From assembly GCA_965218435.1 (NCBI GenBank), contig CBDCKW010000009.1, positions 3,392,001 through 3,456,000 of the forward strand: DNA of 64,000 nt, given 5' to 3'. The stretch comes from Truepera sp. Lineage in GTDB: Bacteria > Deinococcota > Deinococci > Deinococcales > Trueperaceae. Every line of letters begins with the position of its first letter. The stretch's first letter is position 1. The notes beneath the pieces are model-generated. The model was not told the DNA's origin. It searched no databases and saw only the letters and a list, made by a program, of their open reading frames with translations. A program made the translations under genes and the position numbers. Below are positions 58,202 to 64,000 of this stretch, piece after piece.

Positions 58202-59566
58202 ATGAATTGCCTGAGCCTTCGGTCTCTATTGCTGCTGTGCGTTACGCTATGTTTCGTGAGCGCCGCTGCCCAAACAAACACCGCCTCGACAACGACCCAA
58301 ACAGAGTTTGTCTTCGGTGACCCGTTGCCCGACGCGCCTGAACTCGCGCCGCGCGGCCCCTACAGCGTCGGCGTGCGGACGATACAAACCGTAAATCCCG
58401 ACCAGTTAGATGTTCTAGCCGTCACGCCGGAGGACCCGAATCCGCGTTATGACCGCCCACTGACCGTGGAGGTGTTTTACCCCGGCACGGTGCCGGAAGG
58501 TCAACAGGCGCTGACGACCTATAGGGACGTTTACGGTTTCGGCCCGAACAATCCCGAGCGCCCGAACACGCCGTTAACCTTTGCCGGACGCGCCCTGCGA
58601 GACGCCGCGCCGGACAAAGCTAAAGCGCCTTACCCGCTCGTGGTGCTCTCGCACGGGTATCCGGGCTCGAGGCTGATGATGACGTACTTGGCTGAGAACT
58701 TGGCCTCAAAAGGCTACGTCGTCGCGGCCATTGGGCATACCGACTCGACGTTTGACAAGGTGGGGGATTTCTCGAGCACCCTCATCAACCGAGCCAAAGA
58801 TCAGCTTTTTATGATTGACGAGATGGCTGGGCGAAGCCGGAGTGACGGCTTTTTAAGCGGACTGCTAGACGCACAAAATACCGCCATCATCGGCTATTCG
58901 ATGGGCGGTTACGGGGCGCTCAATGCGGGCGGCGCAGGCTACAGCGAAGCGGCGGCGGCGTTTCCGGGTTTACCGGAAGGGGCACTCGCGCCGCGCGTTA
59001 CCGGCAACTTCAAGCCTGACCCCCGGATCAAAGCGGTCGTTGCGTTTGCACCTTGGGGGGCAGAGGCCGCGCTAGGATTTATCGGGATTCCCAATCTGAG
59101 CTTTTTTGAACCGGACGGCCTCGCCGGGCTCCGCGTGCCGACGTTTTTCGTCGTCGGTAGTCAGGATGACGTGTCGGGCTACGAGGGCGGTGTCAAAAGC
59201 CTGTTTGAAGGTGCAGTCAACGCCGACAGATACATGCTCGTTTACGAAGATGCCCGCCACAACGTCGCACCGAACCCGCCGCCGGTAGACGCGCCGAACC
59301 TGGACGAATACTCGCGCTACGCCGAGTTCTCGTGGGACGCGCGGCGCATCAACAATATCAATCAGCACTTTGTCACGGCGTTTTTAGACGAGATGCTCAA
59401 GGGTAAAAAGACGGGCAAGTATTTAGAAATCATCCAAAACTCGAACGAAGGCGTGTGGGCACAGAATGACGACGGGAGTTTTGCACCGGAACACACCTAC
59501 TGGACCGGGTTTCAGGAGCGCACGGCGTTAGGGATGCAGTTTTATCACTCGGCTGCCAAAAAATAG
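58202..59566 (+). CDS. Secreted alpha/beta hydrolase (dienelactone hydrolase-like)
   Basis: Signal peptide; SHGYPG, GYSMGG nucleophile elbow, ARHN. Confidence 0.85.
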   Translation: MNCLSLRSLLLLCVTLCFVSAAAQTNTASTTTQTEFVFGDPLPDAPELAPRGPYSVGVRTIQTVNPDQLDVLAVTPEDPNPRYDRPLTVEVFYPGTVPEGQQALTTYRDVYGFGPNNPERPNTPLTFAGRALRDAAPDKAKAPYPLVVLSHGYPGSRLMMTYLAENLASKGYVVAAIGHTDSTFDKVGDFSSTLINRAKDQLFMIDEMAGRSRSDGFLSGLLDAQNTAIIGYSMGGYGALNAGGAGYSEAAAAFPGLPEGALAPRVTGNFKPDPRIKAVVAFAPWGAEAALGFIGIPNLSFFEPDGLAGLRVPTFFVVGSQDDVSGYEGGVKSLFEGAVNADRYMLVYEDARHNVAPNPPPVDAPNLDEYSRYAEFSWDARRINNINQHFVTAFLDEMLKGKKTGKYLEIIQNSNEGVWAQNDDGSFAPEHTYWTGFQERTALGMQFYHSAAKK

Positions 59567-59567
59567 T

Positions 59568-60524
59568 TTACGGCAGTAAACCGGGTTTAAGCAGTCTGTG
59601 CAGCTGCGCATACGGTACCGTGACGGCAAACTTTCCCTGCACGTAAGGGCCGACAGCATAGGGCGCAAAGGTAAACTCGAGCCCCCTCGCTGTCAGATTA
59701 AACACGCCCAAATCGCGCGCTCTTAGCTTGACGCTACCGTCTAAAATCCAAGCGGCGCGGCGGGCACGAAGCTTTTTCGTCACCTCTCTGAGCAGCACCT
59801 TTTGATACGCCGTGTCTTTTCTAAAAAGGTTGTTGAACCCAAGCTGTTCTACCTCTCGACCCCTCTGGTAAAAGGTCAGGCTGCGGTACGCGGTGTTGGG
59901 GTGTGCTCCGCCGGTATCGTAAAAGCTCGTCTCGAGCAAGCTCAAGGTGTCGCCAGTCAAGAGGGTGGGCTTTACGGTACTTTCGTAGGTGTACGGGTAC
60001 GTCAGCTCACCTGCAGTAGCGAGGCGCTGCGCGTCCTGAACGAACGAGGTTACCGGAGCGTTGACAAAGTGCTCCAGTCTCCCGTTTAGCCGCCGCCAAG
60101 GGGAGATGAGCCAAAAGGGAGTCTCAGTGCGCGTTTCTAGAAACGGCCCTTGCGTCACATGGCGCACGGTATAAGAGGCGGCGAGCGCCAGCTTAAAAGG
60201 TGTTCCGTCCGCGACGGTGCCGGAAAATGCTTGGTTTTTTGTACGGAATCCGGGCAGTTGTCCTGTAAGACTCAGCCCACCTCCCGTTAAGCTGATGTCT
60301 CCGTTTTGCGTCCTCTTACCTTGCAGCGTCTGAGGTGGTGTACCCAGCAAGGTTCCGGTCGTTTGGGTAGGCGTAAGGGCCAGCTCGAGCTGAACTTGTT
60401 CTCCCCCAAGCGTGCCTGACAAAAGATAACGTGCGGGGACGACCTGCGCTAGCGCACAGCTGAACACCGTGCTTACGGCTGCAGCTGTGAAACAGCCGGT
60501 CAACCGGAAAAACTCTGACCGCAT
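59568..60524 (-). CDS. Secreted DUF3298/RsiV-like protein
   Basis: Signal peptide; TGGAHPN and F.FAPYAVGPY..G...V.VPY. Confidence 0.75.
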   Translation of the reverse strand: MRSEFFRLTGCFTAAAVSTVFSCALAQVVPARYLLSGTLGGEQVQLELALTPTQTTGTLLGTPPQTLQGKRTQNGDISLTGGGLSLTGQLPGFRTKNQAFSGTVADGTPFKLALAASYTVRHVTQGPFLETRTETPFWLISPWRRLNGRLEHFVNAPVTSFVQDAQRLATAGELTYPYTYESTVKPTLLTGDTLSLLETSFYDTGGAHPNTAYRSLTFYQRGREVEQLGFNNLFRKDTAYQKVLLREVTKKLRARRAAWILDGSVKLRARDLGVFNLTARGLEFTFAPYAVGPYVQGKFAVTVPYAQLHRLLKPGLLP

Positions 60525-60682
60525 CCGCGCCTCCTAAGCCTTGTTTACTTTCTCAAAAAATCCACGTCTTAAAACGCTTACGCCAAGCTTAAAGCCTGTT
60601 ACACTCTCTTTAGCAACGTACCAGGTTTTAGAGGGTACGTCACCGGCGCTCAACCACCACCGTAACGACTGAAAGGGAAAAG

Positions 60683-61138
60683 ATGAACCGCATAGCACGT
60701 CACATACTACTCTGGGGAAGCCTATTGGGGCTTTTGGTGGGTTGTGGACAACTTCCCGGGGAGAACAGCAGCATCTCGGGAACGGTTCGCGCACCTACCG
60801 GCGGAGACGTTGCGGGGACACAAGTATTCGCTTGTTACGAAGATAATCCCAAGTGCGCCAGAATGGGCAGCGTAGAAGTCACGACGTCGGCGGTCTCTGC
60901 ACCGTACGAACTAAGTGGTTTACCTACAGGAAGCTATAGTATCTACGCCCTTAAAAAGTCAGTCGGTGAAACCTACGCAGGTTGGTACGCGCCCCCTACA
61001 AACGCCGGGGAGCGGACGCTCGTGACCCCACCTGCGGCGGATATTGATATTCAGCTACGCGCCTATACAGGAACGCTACCGGCTGATGTCTCAGAGACCG
61101 TCCGACGTCTCAGCGTTATGCCTTCGTCTGAAAAATAG
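60683..61138 (+). CDS. Hypothetical lipoprotein (carboxypeptidase-regulatory-like beta domain)
   Basis: LVGC lipobox; SISGTV and LPTGSYSIYA. Confidence 0.65.
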   Translation: MNRIARHILLWGSLLGLLVGCGQLPGENSSISGTVRAPTGGDVAGTQVFACYEDNPKCARMGSVEVTTSAVSAPYELSGLPTGSYSIYALKKSVGETYAGWYAPPTNAGERTLVTPPAADIDIQLRAYTGTLPADVSETVRRLSVMPSSEK

Positions 61139-61140
61139 AG

Positions 61141-61794
61141 CTATTTGGGCCGCGCCAGCGAAAAAACGCGTCCGAGGGTACTGTACTCACTTCGTCCGAG
61201 GCGGGCAATAGGACGCAGGCGTTCAGCGACGATCAAGCCGTCTTGACCGAGTAGGTCACGCTGCACCTGCATAGCGACCACTTGCCCCAACACCAGCGTC
61301 GAACCGGAGCCTGTGACCTCGACAAGTTGGGAAACGCGGCACTCTAAGGCAACCGGGGCCGCTGCCACACGGGGTGGGCGGATGAGGCTCGAGGCCGCCG
61401 CTGTCAACCCTGCTTCGGCAAACTCGTCAACGCCGTGTGCCCACGCCCCGGAGGTGTGGTTGAGCGCCTCGGCTAAAGGCTCGTCGGCTAGATTGACGAC
61501 GAACTCGCCGGTATCTCGGGCATTTTGTAGCGAATCTTTGGGTGAGCCGTCGGGTCTCTGACCGGGCGAAAACATCACCGTAAGCGGATGACTCGCCACC
61601 GCATTAAAAAACGAATACGGCGCGAGGTTCAAAACGCCTGCTTTTGAAACCGTGCTGACCCACGCAACCGGACGCGGGATAAGGGCGCTCGTCAGCAAAC
61701 CGTAAGCGTCTTTGCCCTCCAAGTCTGCCACCGTAAACGTTGCCGTATCTTCTACTGCCGTGTCTTTTACAGCCGTGTCTTTTACGTCAGGCAC
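61141..61794 (-). CDS. Flavin reductase-family protein
   Basis: PRPVAWVST, NLAPYSFFN, KDS..N...TGEFVVN, RLGR..Y. Confidence 0.9.
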   Translation of the reverse strand: MPDVKDTAVKDTAVEDTATFTVADLEGKDAYGLLTSALIPRPVAWVSTVSKAGVLNLAPYSFFNAVASHPLTVMFSPGQRPDGSPKDSLQNARDTGEFVVNLADEPLAEALNHTSGAWAHGVDEFAEAGLTAAASSLIRPPRVAAAPVALECRVSQLVEVTGSGSTLVLGQVVAMQVQRDLLGQDGLIVAERLRPIARLGRSEYSTLGRVFSLARPK

Positions 61795-62419
61795 GCCGCG
61801 CCCCTTCGATAATCAGGTTGACCTCGGCTACTTCTTCTTGACTGACCGTATGACCCATTCCCGGATAGATACGCGCGTCTACCTTCGCGCCGAGTCCTTT
61901 GAGCACACCGGCTGACAGCATCACCCGCGCTTCGGGAATGTGCTCGTCCACGGCTCCACAACCTAAAAAGACCGGTGTGCCGCCCAGTGAACCCTGATAG
62001 TCGTACATTCCGCCATCCGGCCCGATAAGACCACCGGAAAGTGCAACTACGCCGCCGTAAATTGCGGGGTTACGAGCGGCAAACTCGAGGGCCAAACATG
62101 CACCCTGTGAAAACCCCATGAGCACGATGTTTTCGCGGGCAAACCCGGCTGACTCTAAGTCTGAAAGCGCGTCTTGCACCGCCTTAAGTGCTTGTGAAAG
62201 GTAAGGCTCGTTGTGCTCGAGGGGCTCTAAAAATGACTCGGGATACCAGGCGCTATGTTCAGCTTGCGGCGCGGCGTAGATGACGTTGTCGGTTTCTAAC
62301 ACGTCGGTCAGGCCGAGAATCCCGTCTGCCGAGTCGCCGCGTCCGTGCAGGAGCAGTACGGCAGCTCTCGCGGTTTCGGGTACGCCTGCAAAGGTGAGTT
62401 TGTGGCCGTCGTGCGCCAC
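61787..62419 (-). CDS. Phospholipase/carboxylesterase (alpha/beta hydrolase)
   Basis: LLHGRG, GFSQGA, D.HIP, GMGHTV. Confidence 0.9.
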   Translation of the reverse strand: MAHDGHKLTFAGVPETARAAVLLLHGRGDSADGILGLTDVLETDNVIYAAPQAEHSAWYPESFLEPLEHNEPYLSQALKAVQDALSDLESAGFARENIVLMGFSQGACLALEFAARNPAIYGGVVALSGGLIGPDGGMYDYQGSLGGTPVFLGCGAVDEHIPEARVMLSAGVLKGLGAKVDARIYPGMGHTVSQEEVAEVNLIIEGARRA

Positions 62420-62490
62420 TACGCGCCTGCCAGCTTTTGGGAGAAATGGAGCTCGAGCGGGTCTTGATAGTTGAATGGGGTCATAGACAT
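62419..62490 (-). CDS. Putative 23-aa ORF coupled to the esterase (leader peptide or deletion remnant)
   Basis: GAAAGG directly upstream of ATG-TCT-ATG; its TAG overlaps the esterase GTG (TAGTG). Confidence 0.45.
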   Translation of the reverse strand: MSMTPFNYQDPLELHFSQKLAGA

Positions 62491-62654
62491 CCTTTCAAAA
62501 AACTACCTTCAAAGATAGCTTATACGCGCACCTAAAACTGTGGGACGCCCACGAAAATGTCTGCTCGAGGGCTTTTAACCCAGTTTCGGCTCAGCGCGGC
62601 ATGTCACCAAGGCGTGCGACGGGTACGCCTCAGACAGCTTGCTAGACTAATTGC

Positions 62655-63992
62655 ATGACTACAGCCCTTGTCAACCCTCCGCGCATCACCGTGATCGGCG
62701 CTGGTATGGCCGGTTCCGACGCCGCTTTTGCCGCCGCCAACTTAGGCGTCCACGTTGACCTCTATGAGATGCGCCCAACGAAGACGACGCCCGCGCACCG
62801 CACCGGCAGCTTCGCCGAGCTGGTCTGCTCAAACTCGTTTGGGGGTGAGGGCGAAACGAACGCCAAGGGCCTGTTACAGCGCGAAATGCTCGCGGCGGGT
62901 GGCCTGGTAATGAGCACCGCGCACGCCACGCGGATTCCGGCAGGGGGCGCGCTCGCCGTTGACCGCGACGCGTTCGGGGAGAAGGTCACGGCGGCACTGA
63001 CCGAGCATCCGAACATCACCGTTCATAAAGAAGAGCTGACGCGGATTCCTGAAGGCATCGTCGTGATCGCGTCGGGGCCACTGACTTCGGACGCGTTGGC
63101 TGAACATTTACGTGAGGTTATCGGTGAGGACTTTCTGGGTTTTTACGACGCGGCGGCTCCGGTCATTGACGTGGATTCGGTAGATATGAAGGTTGCCTAC
63201 CGCAAGGGCCGCTACGGGCAGGCGGCGGATTATCTGAACTTGCCGTTTGATAAGGAGCAATATGAACGGTGGTACGAGGCGCTCACCAACGCACGGCAGC
63301 ACACGCCGCACGATTGGGAAAACTTGGAGTTCTTTGAAGGGTGTATGCCCATCGAAGAGATGGCGCGGCGCGGCGCGGACACGCCCCGCTTTGGGCCACT
63401 GAAACCGGTGGGGCTCGAGCATCCCTACACCGGCCAACGCTTTTACGCGGTGGCGCAGCTCCGACAAGAGGACGTGCGCGGGCAGATGTGGAGCTTGGTC
63501 GGGTTCCAAACCGGGCTCAAATGGGGCGATCAAAAGGAAGTCTTACAGCTGATTCCAGGCTTGGAAAATGTCGAGGTAGTGCGTTACGGCGTCATGCACC
63601 GTAATACCTATTTGAATGCACCAAAACTCCTGACGCCTGAACTGAACTTGCGTGAGCATCAGAACTTGTTTGTGGCGGGGGTGTTAGCTGGGACGGAAGG
63701 GTATCTCGAGTCCTCTGCCACAGGTTGGCTGGCCGGGAGTAATGCTGCGCGTAAGGCTCTCGGTTTAGAACTGCTGTTACCTCCGGAAACGACGATGCTG
63801 GGTGGGTTGGTGCGCTACCTGGTAACGGCGAACTCTGAGAACTTTCAGCCGATGAACGCGAATTGGGGGCTGGTACCGACGCTGCCGAAGCAGAAGCAGG
63901 AGGGGAAAAAGGAGCGGCGGATGCGGACGTTTGCGCGGGGGTGGGAGGATTTTCAGGAGTGGATAGACAAAGCAGTAGCCGTAGGAGTTTAA
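62655..63992 (+). CDS. trmFO: Folate/FAD-dependent tRNA (uracil-54) methyltransferase
   Basis: VIGAGMAG, AELVCSNS, FYDAAAP, FFEGCMPIE, VGFQT, YGVMHRNTY, FQPMNANWG. Confidence 0.95.
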   Translation: MTTALVNPPRITVIGAGMAGSDAAFAAANLGVHVDLYEMRPTKTTPAHRTGSFAELVCSNSFGGEGETNAKGLLQREMLAAGGLVMSTAHATRIPAGGALAVDRDAFGEKVTAALTEHPNITVHKEELTRIPEGIVVIASGPLTSDALAEHLREVIGEDFLGFYDAAAPVIDVDSVDMKVAYRKGRYGQAADYLNLPFDKEQYERWYEALTNARQHTPHDWENLEFFEGCMPIEEMARRGADTPRFGPLKPVGLEHPYTGQRFYAVAQLRQEDVRGQMWSLVGFQTGLKWGDQKEVLQLIPGLENVEVVRYGVMHRNTYLNAPKLLTPELNLREHQNLFVAGVLAGTEGYLESSATGWLAGSNAARKALGLELLLPPETTMLGGLVRYLVTANSENFQPMNANWGLVPTLPKQKQEGKKERRMRTFARGWEDFQEWIDKAVAVGV

Positions 63993-64000
63993 AAACATTT

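Noticed and set aside
1..64000. rRNA, tRNA and the numerous antisense or alternative-frame ORFs in the track
   Set aside because: No RNA-gene signatures seen; the overlapping ORFs lie within well-supported genes and lack motifs or expression signals

Overview
64-kb chromosomal window of a bacterium that is probably Deinococcota (Trueperaceae-like). This is inferred from the Thermus-like nuo genes and from many start codons sitting 6-8 nt behind a TANNNT box. Housekeeping content: nuoD(partial)-nuoN, ndk, a class I aminotransferase, fadI/fadJ, xpt, a polyamine-type ABC transporter split into two convergent halves, hisZG, proB, asd, a split MnmC-like pair, menC/NSAR and trmFO. It also has many small accessory genes (DinB, VOC, GNAT, methyltransferases, P-loop kinases, toxin-antitoxin pairs) and one IS200-type element. 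No rRNA, tRNA or CRISPR array was seen. Main observations: (1) a 56-aa secreted peptide missing from the ORF track, made of a signal peptide plus (MSGGM)x7, with its own RBS, terminator and structured leader (25420-25590); (2) an integrase-free cassette array at 30.35-33.45 kb, where accessory/TA/nuclease genes are separated by diverged copies of the 3' end of the upstream GNAT gene; (3) strong over-representation of the palindrome CTCGAG in native genes and absence from several AT-rich genes; (4) an IS200 apparently inserted exactly at the fadJ stop codon; (5) an orphan DUF692/MNIO-like enzyme beside a small defence-like island. All family assignments come from motif recognition by eye, not from database searches.
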